Below, in pieces: positions 26,454-36,559 of a DNA stretch of 64,000 nt. A model generated the notes under the pieces. It was not told the DNA's origin. It made no database searches and saw nothing but the letters and a program-made list of their open reading frames with translations. Positions within the stretch are counted from its first letter, which is position 1; the number at the start of each line of letters is the position of its first letter. A program made the translations under genes and the position numbers. Source of the DNA: Candidatus Poseidoniaceae archaeon. GTDB lineage: Archaea; Thermoplasmatota; Poseidoniia; Poseidoniales; Poseidoniaceae. Location of the stretch: NCBI GenBank assembly GCA_030747785.1, contig JASLKC010000014.1, forward strand, positions 35,873 through 99,872. Reading direction: 5' to 3'.

Positions 26454-27667
26454 TACAGACTCTCTAAAGAGGCTGTAAGGTCATCTGTTTCGATGATTAT
26501 CCTCATCCCGTATTCATTTACTGAAATGATTTCATGAGCAATTGGCAAGAAGAATTCATCAGCCCCAATTATCGAAATGATTGCAGTCTTGAATTCGACA
26601 TCTCCATCGATTATGTCATCGATTAGATGGAGATAATGACTTGGAATGATAATCCTCATCTGGTCTGGAGTCGAAGTCAATGACCATACTGTAACATCTT
26701 CTTCTTCAATCCGAGATAGTAGGTTGGAATTTAGAGGATTATCGCTAGTGAGAATTGCTACACCAGGCTGGCATCCAATTGCCTTGAAACCACTATCAGA
26801 GATATCAGGGCCAATCATGGTAGGAGCTACAGAGCGATCAGAATTAACATTGCGAATTTCAAGTGGAATTCCATCTAAAATTAGAGGCTCGACGGTTGCT
26901 GGGTGGAGGACAGGTGTACCATGCTTAGACAATTCCGTAGCCTCTCCATATCCGAGATATGGTACCGTATCGGTCTCAATTCCCCATCTTGGATTAAGCC
27001 TCTTGATTCCGTCGACGTCCTTCCACAAGACCAGTTTTTCAGCGCCCATCAAGTTTGCAAATGCGGCAGCGGAATGGTCTGATCCACCTCTGGAGAGCAA
27101 TGCTAGTTCACCATCTTCTCCTTCTCCAAACCAGCCTGTGAGAATTGGTACACCAACAAGTACAGACCTGTCCAAAGTTTCGTTTGAGCGTTCGAGGTCT
27201 ATACGGCAAGCACTGCCTTTACCTTTGAGTTTGAGGCCGATATCTTCGGCTCCAATAGGATGGGCATCAAGGCCTAATTCGTGAAGTCTGTGAGCGACTA
27301 CAAGGGCAGAGAGCCTTTCACCTGCAGCTAAAATTAGATTTCTTGAGCGTACTGATGCTCCATCGGTAGAGAGTTGAACCAATTCAGTTGAAATGCCATC
27401 CATCACCTTGTTGAATAATTCTTTGAATGGCCCTTGGTCAAGCCCTGGTGCAAATCTGAGGTGTTGTGATTTCAAATCACGTACCAATTTTCCAGCATAG
27501 ATAGAGTCGTTCGCCGCTCGAATCAAGCGGTCAGTCATTCCCCAAAGTGCGGAAACGACTACAATCGGACTTCCTTCAAAGGAAGTAATGATTTCAGCGA
27601 TTCTGTCGAGGTCGTCACTATCTCTAAGGCATGAACCTCCGAATTTGTGAACAATAATATTACTCAT
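26420..27667 (-). CDS. aspartate kinase (amino-acid kinase domain plus ACT domains)
   Basis: N-terminal KFGGSCLRDSDDLDRIAEII ... VVVSALWGMTDRLI aspartokinase motifs. Its 415 aa fit a monofunctional aspartokinase. Confidence 0.8.
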   Translation of the reverse strand: MSNIIVHKFGGSCLRDSDDLDRIAEIITSFEGSPIVVVSALWGMTDRLIRAANDSIYAGKLVRDLKSQHLRFAPGLDQGPFKELFNKVMDGISTELVQLSTDGASVRSRNLILAAGERLSALVVAHRLHELGLDAHPIGAEDIGLKLKGKGSACRIDLERSNETLDRSVLVGVPILTGWFGEGEDGELALLSRGGSDHSAAAFANLMGAEKLVLWKDVDGIKRLNPRWGIETDTVPYLGYGEATELSKHGTPVLHPATVEPLILDGIPLEIRNVNSDRSVAPTMIGPDISDSGFKAIGCQPGVAILTSDNPLNSNLLSRIEEEDVTVWSLTSTPDQMRIIIPSHYLHLIDDIIDGDVEFKTAIISIIGADEFFLPIAHEIISVNEYGMRIIIETDDLTASLESLYQSLFSRQDCK

Positions 27668-28685
27668 CCAAATAACCTCCTTGTTTTGCTAAATCGGAGA
27701 GAATTAATCGGGCAACTGCTTCTACAACAGGTGCAGCACGCGGGGCAATAACCGGGTCATGCCTCCCTTTGATTACCAACTCTTCAAGCATGCCAGTTGT
27801 TTGGTTGAATGTTTTTTGAGGCAGTGAAATACCGCTTGGTGGTTTGAAAGTAATTCGTACAAGGAGTGGAGCACCACTAGCCATTCCTCCAAGAGCACCA
27901 TCTGCCCCCTCGGTCAACTTCATACCTTCTTGCCAGAGGTCATTATGCTCACTACCCCTCATCTTACCAGCCTCAACCCCTCGGCCAAATTCGACTGCTC
28001 TTGCCGCAGGAATAGACATCAAACCTCTAGCGAGTGCAGGTTCTAGTCCATCGAACCATGGCTCACCAAATCCAACGGGAAGTCCTGAAATGGATAGATC
28101 TACTCGACTTCCGAGTGAATCTTGTTCCGAACGGGCTTGTTCAGCTAGCGCAGTACCATCCTCGCCTTCGAGCCCGCCAAGCGCCCCCACAGTCGCCTTA
28201 ATCTTCCAATCAGTGGGTAAGATGTCCCTGCAAAGCGAAGAAGCAGCAACTAGACCAGCGGTTAGTCTAGCAGAAAACGACCCTCCCCCTCTTAGGTCAG
28301 CCATGCCTGCCGTTTTCACATCGATAGGATGGTCAGCATGTCCTGGGCGAGGTTGGTTAGGAAGAAATGAGTAATCACTTGAGCGAGCATCCTGATTTCG
28401 AATTAACAAGAGGATAGGCATTCCTGTAGTCTTGTCTTTGTGCACTCCGGAAAGAATCTCAACTTCATCGGTTTCCTTTCGTCGGCTGGCCAGACCTGAG
28501 CCAGGCCTTCGACTGACCATGTCCAATACCAATTGCTCGTAATCAAGAGAGATACCAGAAGGCATTCCTTCAAGCAATGCCCCTACAGCAGGGCCGTGAG
28601 ATTCCCCGAAAAGGGTAACCTTGATTTCATCACCGAGGTCCATTCTCATGGCACTACCGTTTATGTCGACAAGGGTCTTACTCAA
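27660..28685 (-). CDS. aroC: chorismate synthase
   Basis: Motif GESHGPAVGALLEGMPSGI and the conserved RPGHAD and GRHDP regions. Confidence 0.9.
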   Translation of the reverse strand: MSKTLVDINGSAMRMDLGDEIKVTLFGESHGPAVGALLEGMPSGISLDYEQLVLDMVSRRPGSGLASRRKETDEVEILSGVHKDKTTGMPILLLIRNQDARSSDYSFLPNQPRPGHADHPIDVKTAGMADLRGGGSFSARLTAGLVAASSLCRDILPTDWKIKATVGALGGLEGEDGTALAEQARSEQDSLGSRVDLSISGLPVGFGEPWFDGLEPALARGLMSIPAARAVEFGRGVEAGKMRGSEHNDLWQEGMKLTEGADGALGGMASGAPLLVRITFKPPSGISLPQKTFNQTTGMLEELVIKGRHDPVIAPRAAPVVEAVARLILSDLAKQGGYLDE

Positions 28686-29569
28686 GAATCATCCCCTTTA
28701 GGGGATGATGGGTTAATTACCTTAGTTTCTATGACTTCAACCTCATCAAATCGCCCATACCATGTACTAAGACGCTCACAAATTGGCTTACTTATCGAAG
28801 GTGCAAAAATTACAATCGCCGGTCCCGAGCCGCTAATTCCAGCAGACCGCGCACCATTGACGAAGGCATCATTGGTTAATCTACGAGCCAGTGTGTCATT
28901 TAGCACTCCATTCATGCCACGGCCATTCCAAGTTAATGCAACTAAATCTTTACCTTCTTGAAGCGCAGATAGCGCTTGTGAAAATGCTTGTTGATATAAT
29001 GAAAATGCTTCGAGATTAGGTTTTTCTACACGTTCGCCTCTTGTAATGACGAAGACACTCCATTCATCTGCTGGCGGACCATCACCTTCCAATATTACTC
29101 CTGATTCTGCATTCTCGGCATTGATGTCAATGAGTTTCCATCCACTTTCTGCTGCAGCCCAAGCATCATCAATACTTCCAGTTAGTGAAACGCCAGCATC
29201 GATTTGAACTGCCGCTGCCAAGTCTACAAGTTGATGATTCTCCAATATAGAATCCGTAGCATCACACAGGGCTCTTAGTGCTGCGATTGCAACTGCTGCA
29301 CTAGATTTAAGCCCTTGGCGAGGAGGAATTTCTGATCGAACAGTCCAATGTAATTCATCTGATTGAGGGAGGGGAAGTTCTGCATTCTTCCAAATGGTAA
29401 GAACCGAGTCAAGTAATGAGTCTGGATCATCTAGCACTTTCTTGCTAGCTTTGTCCATCAGTCTAACTTTTACAGGTAAATCCAGAGTAAGTGATGCTCC
29501 ATATCCTACTCCTGCAGCATGCAGAAGACTGCATGCTCCATTTGCTGTACCAGTTCCAAGCACAGCCAT
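28682..29569 (-). CDS. shikimate kinase, archaeal GHMP-kinase type
   Basis: GHMP ATP-binding motif PPRQGLKSSAAVAIAALRAL. The start is taken as the internal Met at 29569, which abuts the upstream gene. The ORF track's longer start at 29638 would overlap that gene by 64 nt. Confidence 0.75.
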   Translation of the reverse strand: MAVLGTGTANGACSLLHAAGVGYGASLTLDLPVKVRLMDKASKKVLDDPDSLLDSVLTIWKNAELPLPQSDELHWTVRSEIPPRQGLKSSAAVAIAALRALCDATDSILENHQLVDLAAAVQIDAGVSLTGSIDDAWAAAESGWKLIDINAENAESGVILEGDGPPADEWSVFVITRGERVEKPNLEAFSLYQQAFSQALSALQEGKDLVALTWNGRGMNGVLNDTLARRLTNDAFVNGARSAGISGSGPAIVIFAPSISKPICERLSTWYGRFDEVEVIETKVINPSSPKGDDS

Positions 29570-29574
29570 GAATT

Positions 29575-30543
29575 CTACCTCTCCTCGACCTGTGCGCTTA
29601 TGGAGACGCCAATATGGCGTCCCATCCCACCGCTCCATCCAAGAACATTTGTTCCAATTTCCAGATTGGTAATTGGTACGAGGCTCCCGGATTGGGTGAC
29701 GAGGCGAACGGTCTCCGCTTGCTGAAGAAGTGCCCCGGCTTCATTATGGTTTTCATCGCGCCAACGGAATAAAATGAACGGTCGTCTCTCTATTTTGATA
29801 CGCCCAATAGTACCGGAACGCATGGCAGAATCTGACGCGATGAGAATTTCATCTCCCATCTTTAGTTCACTGAGATATTTAGTGGTACCATCAGCCATTT
29901 GGATGTAGGAATGAACAGCACCAGCATTTACCCTAAACGGTCTTGTTGGAACAAATTCTGATTCAACGGTTTCTCCATGAACGAGTACCATACTTGACGA
30001 ACTTGAACCAACCAGCATTCCTTCTCCAATTTCAAGCATGGTTGTGAGGTCAACACATACTCTTTCTCCAACTCCTCCTTCTTTTACTTCTATCACTTCA
30101 CAAGTCGAGAGTGAAACCGGCTCGGTTTCAACCGAATCGGAATCAGTTGTTTCTTCTCCTCTTTGCGATTTTGCGATTAATGCAGTTGCTAAGATGCTTT
30201 CAGGTACGAGAACGGCATCAACTCCAATTTGTAGTGCAAAAGCTGCCCCAATGACTTGCTCAGGTGATGAAATTCTTGCCGCGACCTTTGTAGGCCCTCC
30301 ATCACATGCGGCGATAATATTCTCGATAGGAATCATTTGCCATTCACCGAATTCGAGGAGGATCCATTCGACTGAACCAGCGAGTGAACGCGCCATTGCT
30401 TGCCCTTCAGAATTACTGACATCAACAACTCTTCCCGCTTGAAGTCCCTCGATGTATAGAGATGCTCCGTCAACATTCAGGTCTACCCCGTCAATCAAAT
30501 CAACGCCATTTTGGCGCTCTCCTGACTCGAGCCAAACCTGCAT
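29575..30543 (-). CDS. 3-dehydroquinate synthase II (archaeal DKFP pathway)
   Basis: Size (~320 aa) and an N-terminus (MQVWLES...) consistent with the DHQS-II family. It is sandwiched between ADH synthase and shikimate kinase. Confidence 0.65.
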   Translation of the reverse strand: MQVWLESGERQNGVDLIDGVDLNVDGASLYIEGLQAGRVVDVSNSEGQAMARSLAGSVEWILLEFGEWQMIPIENIIAACDGGPTKVAARISSPEQVIGAAFALQIGVDAVLVPESILATALIAKSQRGEETTDSDSVETEPVSLSTCEVIEVKEGGVGERVCVDLTTMLEIGEGMLVGSSSSSMVLVHGETVESEFVPTRPFRVNAGAVHSYIQMADGTTKYLSELKMGDEILIASDSAMRSGTIGRIKIERRPFILFRWRDENHNEAGALLQQAETVRLVTQSGSLVPITNLEIGTNVLGWSGGMGRHIGVSISAQVEER

Positions 30544-30547
30544 TATT

Positions 30548-31381
30548 TCACAACCCTGCAGAAGCCATCGCTTCTACAACATCCACACCATCATGCACGA
30601 TTGCACGCAGCGCCCGAACCATTCGATCTGGGTGGTCATGGCAGAAGACTTGCCTTCCCATACAGACTCCTCCGCCACCTGCAGACATAGCTTGATGGAC
30701 AATTGTGAGAATCTCAAGTGTGGTAGCTCCTGCGGGGCCACCAGCAATTAGTACAGGGATTGGAACCGAGTTGCAGACGAGAGAAAACGATTCGATGTCT
30801 CCAGTCCATTTTGTTTTCACTACATCACATCCGAGTTCGAATGCTAGCCTAGCGGCATGTGCAGCACCGCCGGTAATGTCACCATCCATAATGTTGAGAT
30901 TTTCACCGCGGGGGTATACCATCCCTAGTAGTGGAACCCCGAGCAAATTACAGTCTTCAGATACCGAGCCCATAATTTCGATCATATCTGGTTCAGTTGG
31001 AGCCCCCATGTTGACCTGAACACTAACTCCAGCAGCGCCTCTACGAATCGATTCCTCCACACTGCCAACTAGCACCTTTTCGGTTGTTCTTGCGCCAGCA
31101 TGTCGAGTAGAAGCGGAAAGATGAGCCACCATATGACCTGAATGGAGGTCGCCAAATGCGCTAACCACGCCCTTTTGGGCTACGATTGCATCAGCACCTC
31201 CTACAGCGAGTAATGCGATTAATTCCTCAAGGTTCTCCAATCCTTTCGAAGGAAAATCCGAGAGGCCGTGGTCGATTGGAATCCAAACGCCTCGGCCGCC
31301 AGGCAGTAGTACTTCGAGGTCGCTCATGCTTTGCGGTAGTAGATGGAATAGACAAGCCTTGCCATATGATTCAAAGGCCAT
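30548..31381 (-). CDS. 2-amino-3,7-dideoxy-D-threo-hept-6-ulosonate (ADH) synthase, class I aldolase family (alternatively an archaeal class IA FBP aldolase)
   Basis: DhnA/FbaB-type class I aldolase fold (~277 aa, DHGLSDFPSKGLENLEELI). Its position directly upstream of DHQS-II favours ADH synthase. Confidence 0.6.
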   Translation of the reverse strand: MAFESYGKACLFHLLPQSMSDLEVLLPGGRGVWIPIDHGLSDFPSKGLENLEELIALLAVGGADAIVAQKGVVSAFGDLHSGHMVAHLSASTRHAGARTTEKVLVGSVEESIRRGAAGVSVQVNMGAPTEPDMIEIMGSVSEDCNLLGVPLLGMVYPRGENLNIMDGDITGGAAHAARLAFELGCDVVKTKWTGDIESFSLVCNSVPIPVLIAGGPAGATTLEILTIVHQAMSAGGGGVCMGRQVFCHDHPDRMVRALRAIVHDGVDVVEAMASAGL

Positions 31382-32072
31382 TTTGGTGGACCCTTGCTGC
31401 CCAAGTCATCATAGCAGCCTCAGCCTTAGAGAGATGTTCCTGTAGAGTAGAACGCGGAATTCCCGATGATTCAGAGAGTTCACGCATCGTAATCAGTCTA
31501 GGATTCTCGTAATATCCAGCATTTGTTGCTATCACGGCGGCTTCCAATTGCTTTGGAGTTAGTACCGATAGCATTTCTCGCTCTGCATTTTCAATATCTA
31601 ATACTTTAACCGAGTCGGGAGGCAATAGCAATCGAGCAGCCTTAAGGAAGCCAGACACTCCTTCCGGAAGGCCTCTAATTGTGATTTGAGCGCCATCTTT
31701 TCCAATGGTGTATGGAGGAATTACGTGGAGGCTGTCGAAATTTATCGCAGCCACTGAAATCGGATGACGATTCCATACAACGATAATTCCCTCACCGCCA
31801 TCTTTAGGCAGAGGGTGAGGTCGCAATGGCCCATCTATTTCCAGGAATGGAATAGTATCCAAATCGTTCACATTCATATTTTCAAGCAATTTCACGCGAA
31901 CAAGTTGGCGAACCCCTACAGCGGTGACATCTAAATGTGCAATCACTTCAAATTCGGATACCACTTTGGTAATCAATCCAAAATCTGAATTCTTTATTGA
32001 CTGTGAATTCCACGATAAATGTACTTCGCGCATAGTACCCATACAGGGCTTTGGCTTAACTCCTTTATCCAA
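31371..32072 (-). CDS. HTH-10 (bacterio-opsin-activator-type HTH) family transcriptional regulator
   Basis: C-terminal LTPKQLEAAVIATNAGYYENPRLITMRELSESSGIPRSTLQEHLSKAEAAMM matches the HTH_10 DNA-binding domain. It lies at the head of the aromatic amino-acid gene block. Confidence 0.6.
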   Translation of the reverse strand: MDKGVKPKPCMGTMREVHLSWNSQSIKNSDFGLITKVVSEFEVIAHLDVTAVGVRQLVRVKLLENMNVNDLDTIPFLEIDGPLRPHPLPKDGGEGIIVVWNRHPISVAAINFDSLHVIPPYTIGKDGAQITIRGLPEGVSGFLKAARLLLPPDSVKVLDIENAEREMLSVLTPKQLEAAVIATNAGYYENPRLITMRELSESSGIPRSTLQEHLSKAEAAMMTWAARVHQNGL

Positions 32073-32101
32073 ACGAGTTCATCAATATTGTACCTACCAA
32101 T

Positions 32102-34549
32102 TCACTGTGAAAGGTCCTTGACTTTCGCAACAAGATCCATTTTCTTGATTCTCCACATGCCAAATGGGGTCAATGATATGGAAATTCCAACTACGATTCC
32201 AATCAGAATCAAGATGGTAGAGGTAGTTGCTGAGACTGTGAAATACATCCCCCATTGAACAAAAGATGAAATCATCATTTTTGTTCCAAGAATTGAGAAT
32301 ACACAACCTAAAAACCCTCCAATCAAACCAATCGCAAGATGTTCGCCAAACAGCATCAATCCCAAGCGATTATTCGATGCGCCAAGAACCCGTAGAGTGG
32401 CAATTTCTGTGTCCCTTTCTGCTAGATTCATGACCAACGTATTGAATAAAACCGCTAGAGCGATTAAAATCCCAAGCCCTTGGATTGAATAGAACATTCC
32501 TTCCTGTTGTTCCATCAGAGTTTCAAAGGCTGCCAAAGAATCTTCACGGACATCTATACCCATAGAAATTTGGGCCAATTCATCGTCAACCTCTACTCCT
32601 TCGGGGAGTTGTAGCATCACCACAGTTGCTTCCAATCCAACAATTCCAGACAAATCTGAGCGATGGAAATAGACCGTCCGACTGAGATCCCCTTTAGTGA
32701 ATCCAGTCACTTTGACATCCACAGTTTTTGTTCCAAATTCAAGTGAATGTGTTTCACCCACTTTCCAGCCCAAGAAATGATTGATTCCTTCATCAATCAA
32801 TACCTCTGGAACACCCATTCCACTCTTAGGTAATTCTCCAGATGCCAGGTTGACGAGATACATGGAATCATCATTTTCTGTCACCACATTCTCAAGTCCA
32901 TAGGCTGTAAGTTGGCGTGAATCATTGGCCGGATTACCAGCGAATACTATCATTAATTCATAATCGGCATCATTCTCATCTGCCCATTCAATAATTTCAT
33001 CTTCGCCATCAATAGTATAGGCTTGTACGTCCCAATTCTGTCGCTCTTCAACGCCTCCAAGGAACATCTCACTCATCGAATCCATCATAAGCAACATGGT
33101 TCCAAAAATCAGCATTGAAATGCCTACTGCAAAGAAAGTAAACATCAAACGAACCGGTTTCCGAATACTCGAACGAATTGTTAAGCCAACAGTTGCAGGC
33201 ATGCGAGAGGTCAACTTTTGCAAGGCACGAGAAGACACTCGAATTTCGTGCTCCCCTCGTAGAACTTCAAGTGGTTGTAAGCGTGAAGCCTGCCAAGCCG
33301 GCCGTAATCCGGAAAGGAACACTACGGCCATCGCGATGGCAATATTTTGAATCACCATAGAATCGGGAACTGCTGGATTGATAATCGGGATTCCGATGAT
33401 TTCCTCGTACATCGAAATCATGGCTGGCGCACCAAACAATACACCGGGAATGGCACCAAGAAGGCAACCGGCAGCACCAATGAAAATTGGAGCGATGATG
33501 TAACCAGGCATGATTGACATCCGGCGAACCCCGAGAGTTCGGAGAACTGCAATTTCCTTGGCTTGAGATTGAATTAAGCGCTGAAGGCTGAGGAAAATGG
33601 TGATGCCGGCAACGACGGCAATCATTCCAGTCACAACTGGGTATGTTTTCATTGCACCCTCGACATCAGCTCTCAAGAATTCTACAGAGTCCACGCCCGT
33701 CCGATCATAGATGCTTGCGGGTGATTCGTCCACCTCACCAACAATCGCTGAAATATTCGCTTTCAGCGTGGTCAAGCCGCTACCGTCAGGGTCTTGAGAA
33801 TCTGGTGTGCCCACAATGTCTAGCAACAATTGATTTGAGGAACCTGCACTGTAATTGGCAATCTTCTCCAGACCTTCAGACGTCATGTAGCCAGTCACAA
33901 AAGTCCCCGGTTGAGCGGGGAGTAATGCCCCTTCTGCTGTAAAGTAGAGATGGTTGGAATGGAATCCAATGCCAACGACTGTGTAATTCAATGCAAAACC
34001 GGCCCCTGCACTGATTCGAATTGTGTCACCTACTGAAATATTCAGTGCATCAACCGCATGCTCATCAATAACAATCTCACTATCATTTGCAGCCAAGCGC
34101 CCCGAACAACAGTCGTGGTTGGGAATCCAAACCTTGTTCACATCCCCTTCGTCAATTCCATGCCAAACAGCAGAAACCATTCCAATGTCTGCATCTGAAC
34201 TAAACAGTTGTCCACTGGTCACTAAACGAGGTTCACAATGATCCAACTCAAGTTCGACATCAGGCCATTGGTTGCGAATCTCCTGACAGAGATTTTCTGC
34301 CGTAGATTCATTCCAATTTCCCGCGTTGTTTTCGACCCATAAATCAGGTAAATTAAGCCCCTCTTCATCATCGTCGTAGATATCATCGTATAGAGTAGTT
34401 ACAGAATTAGCATAGGCTCCAAATGCGATGCCTGCAAATACACCAATTGCCACCATCAACACAACTGCTGACAAGCGCAGTTTCGTACGCCAAAGGCTTC
34501 TTGCGAGCCTCTTAGTCAGTAGCATTGACATCTTGTCACCTCCGTTCAA
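32102..34549 (-). CDS. ABC transporter permease, MacB/FtsX-like, with large extracytoplasmic domains
   Basis: N-terminal TM, a large periplasmic-type domain, FtsX-type 4-TM modules (two copies), and a 4-nt overlap with the upstream ATPase gene. Confidence 0.8.
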   Translation of the reverse strand: MNGGDKMSMLLTKRLARSLWRTKLRLSAVVLMVAIGVFAGIAFGAYANSVTTLYDDIYDDDEEGLNLPDLWVENNAGNWNESTAENLCQEIRNQWPDVELELDHCEPRLVTSGQLFSSDADIGMVSAVWHGIDEGDVNKVWIPNHDCCSGRLAANDSEIVIDEHAVDALNISVGDTIRISAGAGFALNYTVVGIGFHSNHLYFTAEGALLPAQPGTFVTGYMTSEGLEKIANYSAGSSNQLLLDIVGTPDSQDPDGSGLTTLKANISAIVGEVDESPASIYDRTGVDSVEFLRADVEGAMKTYPVVTGMIAVVAGITIFLSLQRLIQSQAKEIAVLRTLGVRRMSIMPGYIIAPIFIGAAGCLLGAIPGVLFGAPAMISMYEEIIGIPIINPAVPDSMVIQNIAIAMAVVFLSGLRPAWQASRLQPLEVLRGEHEIRVSSRALQKLTSRMPATVGLTIRSSIRKPVRLMFTFFAVGISMLIFGTMLLMMDSMSEMFLGGVEERQNWDVQAYTIDGEDEIIEWADENDADYELMIVFAGNPANDSRQLTAYGLENVVTENDDSMYLVNLASGELPKSGMGVPEVLIDEGINHFLGWKVGETHSLEFGTKTVDVKVTGFTKGDLSRTVYFHRSDLSGIVGLEATVVMLQLPEGVEVDDELAQISMGIDVREDSLAAFETLMEQQEGMFYSIQGLGILIALAVLFNTLVMNLAERDTEIATLRVLGASNNRLGLMLFGEHLAIGLIGGFLGCVFSILGTKMMISSFVQWGMYFTVSATTSTILILIGIVVGISISLTPFGMWRIKKMDLVAKVKDLSQ

Positions 34550-35274
34550 ACCTTTTCATCAGAGATGATTTTTCCACTGTCCAAGCGAACAACTCTAGTT
34601 GCATACTGTACGAGGTTTTCATCGTGAGTCACCATCACGGTAGTGATGTTTTCAGCTTCGCATGCACTGACGAGAACTTCCATGACTGTTGCAGAGGTGG
34701 CAGAATCCAAATTCCCTGTCAACTCATCTCCAAGCAATAGGTTGGGGCTTTTGGCTAAACTTCGTGCAATTGCAACTCTCTGTTGCTGGCCTCCACTAAT
34801 CTCAGCGGGGAATCGGTTCACTTCATCTTCAAGGCCGACCAAGGCGAGTAACTCCCGGGCCCTGGCTTCGTCCTTGCCGTCAGATAATTCTTGGATGAGA
34901 AGAATGTTTTCTAGGACAGTCAAATCCTGTAAGAGATTGAAGAATTGGAATACATACCCAATGTTCTCTCTACGGAATGTAGTCATCTTTTCAGCATGTC
35001 CCCGAGGCACTATTTCCTTATTGAATTCATATTCACCTTCAGTAGGATTGTCAAGAGCCGCGAGGCAATTCAATAACGTTGTTTTTCCAGAACCCGAAGG
35101 CCCCAGTAAGAGTATTCTCTCACCCTCCTTAATTTTCAGATCAATCCCATCAAGGGCTTTCACCGTCCCTGATGGCATGACGTAGTGGCGCTTTATTCCA
35201 GACATTTCCAATAATCTCATATTTCCACCTTCTTCGTTAACGAGGGGCAGTGCATATCTCTTGCACATGGTCAA
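34546..35274 (-). CDS. ABC transporter ATP-binding protein (MacB/LolD-like)
   Basis: Walker A GPSGSGKTT, ABC signature LSGGQQQRVAIARSL, and Walker B LLLGDE. Confidence 0.9.
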   Translation of the reverse strand: MTMCKRYALPLVNEEGGNMRLLEMSGIKRHYVMPSGTVKALDGIDLKIKEGERILLLGPSGSGKTTLLNCLAALDNPTEGEYEFNKEIVPRGHAEKMTTFRRENIGYVFQFFNLLQDLTVLENILLIQELSDGKDEARARELLALVGLEDEVNRFPAEISGGQQQRVAIARSLAKSPNLLLGDELTGNLDSATSATVMEVLVSACEAENITTVMVTHDENLVQYATRVVRLDSGKIISDEKV

Positions 35275-35335
35275 TTATACTAATGGCGGATATGGTCTTT
35301 TCGCGGTAATATCGTGTTATCTGAGATGAAATCAA

Positions 35336-36559
35336 ATGAATCGTTTAGCCGATGGCAATAATACCAACTACATGATAGCCCCTAATATGGACCTCGGTTC
35401 TTGGTTGGTAATTGCTCTTCTCGGAGGAGCATTTCTATTCGGGATTTGGTACATGTTAATCAGAGACGACGACCGTTCAAATTTGCGACGTACAATTGAT
35501 TCTGATCGGATAAGGTCACGAAACCGAGCCGATTTTTCAAAAGCACGAGATGAATTTGATCGCAAATTGGCAGAAATCAGCCGGCATTTAGATTCAAAGC
35601 GTGCTGCTAAGAAGGAATTGATGGCAAACGAAGAGGAACTTCGCCGTCATTCCGAAGAAGAGGCTGCAAGAATTGCAGCAGAAGAAGAGGCTGCTCGTAA
35701 GGAGGAATTAGAAGCCGAAGAAGCCCGTAAGGCTGCTGAATATGAGGCGCAGCGGGCTATAAAACTCGAAGAGGCACGAAGATTGGCCGAAGAGCGCGAA
35801 GCGGAACGTCAGGCTGAAGAGACTCGACTTGCTGAAGAGCGCGAAGCGAAACGCCAAGAGGAATTAGCTGAGGCTGAGGCTGATAGATTATTGGAAATCG
35901 AAGCTCTCAAGGCAGCAGAAGAACTTGCAGCAAAGGAAGCATCTGCTACTGCAATGAATGAATTGAAAGAGAGACTTGAACGTGAAGGTGCCAAGTCCTC
36001 CGATGTTCAGATTTCGTTGATTTGGAATAATTTCAACGACTTAGACCTTCACGTAGTATGTCCATCAGGTGAGCGAATACACGGCGGTAATAGAAATTCC
36101 AAATGCAATGGAGAGCTGGATGTTGATGCAAATGTTCGACCTGAAACTAAGAAACCAGTAGAGAATGTGGTTTGGCCAGAAGGAGTGGCGCCTGGCGGCA
36201 CTTACCGTGCATATGTTCACCATTACAAGAAACACAAAAAACGTCGTTCAAAGGACCCTACTAAATTCAAGGTCATTGTAAATTCAGGTGGAGAGGTAAA
36301 TGAATACAAAGGTGCACTTTCCTATGGCGACCCAATTATGTTGATTGCAGAATTCACTGTTGAAGAACCAGAAGTTCGATCCGCAGGTGCAATACAGCAA
36401 ATACTCCTCGCAGAAACTGAAGAAGAGGAAGAATTAGATTCTACTGAGGCGGTAATCGATGATGATGAATTACTGGAATTAGCAGGGGCTGCAGTTCAAG
36501 AAATAGAGGAATCCGACGATCCTTTGGCAGAATTGATGGATGACGAAGAAGACGATTAA
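35336..36559 (+). CDS. membrane-anchored protein with a long E/R/K-rich single alpha-helix (coiled-coil) region, a Cys-containing globular domain (DUF2135-like, from memory) and a poly-acidic C-terminus
   Basis: N-terminal TM (WLVIALLGGAFLFGIWYML). About 140 aa of EEEAARK/EAERQAEE repeats. Then a domain ISLIWNNFNDLDLHVVCPSGERIHGG ... GGTYRAYVHHY. Then an acidic tail (DDEEDD). Confidence 0.55.
   Translation: MNRLADGNNTNYMIAPNMDLGSWLVIALLGGAFLFGIWYMLIRDDDRSNLRRTIDSDRIRSRNRADFSKARDEFDRKLAEISRHLDSKRAAKKELMANEEELRRHSEEEAARIAAEEEAARKEELEAEEARKAAEYEAQRAIKLEEARRLAEEREAERQAEETRLAEEREAKRQEELAEAEADRLLEIEALKAAEELAAKEASATAMNELKERLEREGAKSSDVQISLIWNNFNDLDLHVVCPSGERIHGGNRNSKCNGELDVDANVRPETKKPVENVVWPEGVAPGGTYRAYVHHYKKHKKRRSKDPTKFKVIVNSGGEVNEYKGALSYGDPIMLIAEFTVEEPEVRSAGAIQQILLAETEEEEELDSTEAVIDDDELLELAGAAVQEIEESDDPLAELMDDEEDD

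Noticed and set aside
29569-29638. Longer start for the GHMP shikimate kinase overlapping the DHQS-II gene by 64 nt
   Set aside because: The internal Met at 29569 abuts the upstream gene (stop at 29575). The conserved kinase region begins after it, and a long overlap is unlikely.
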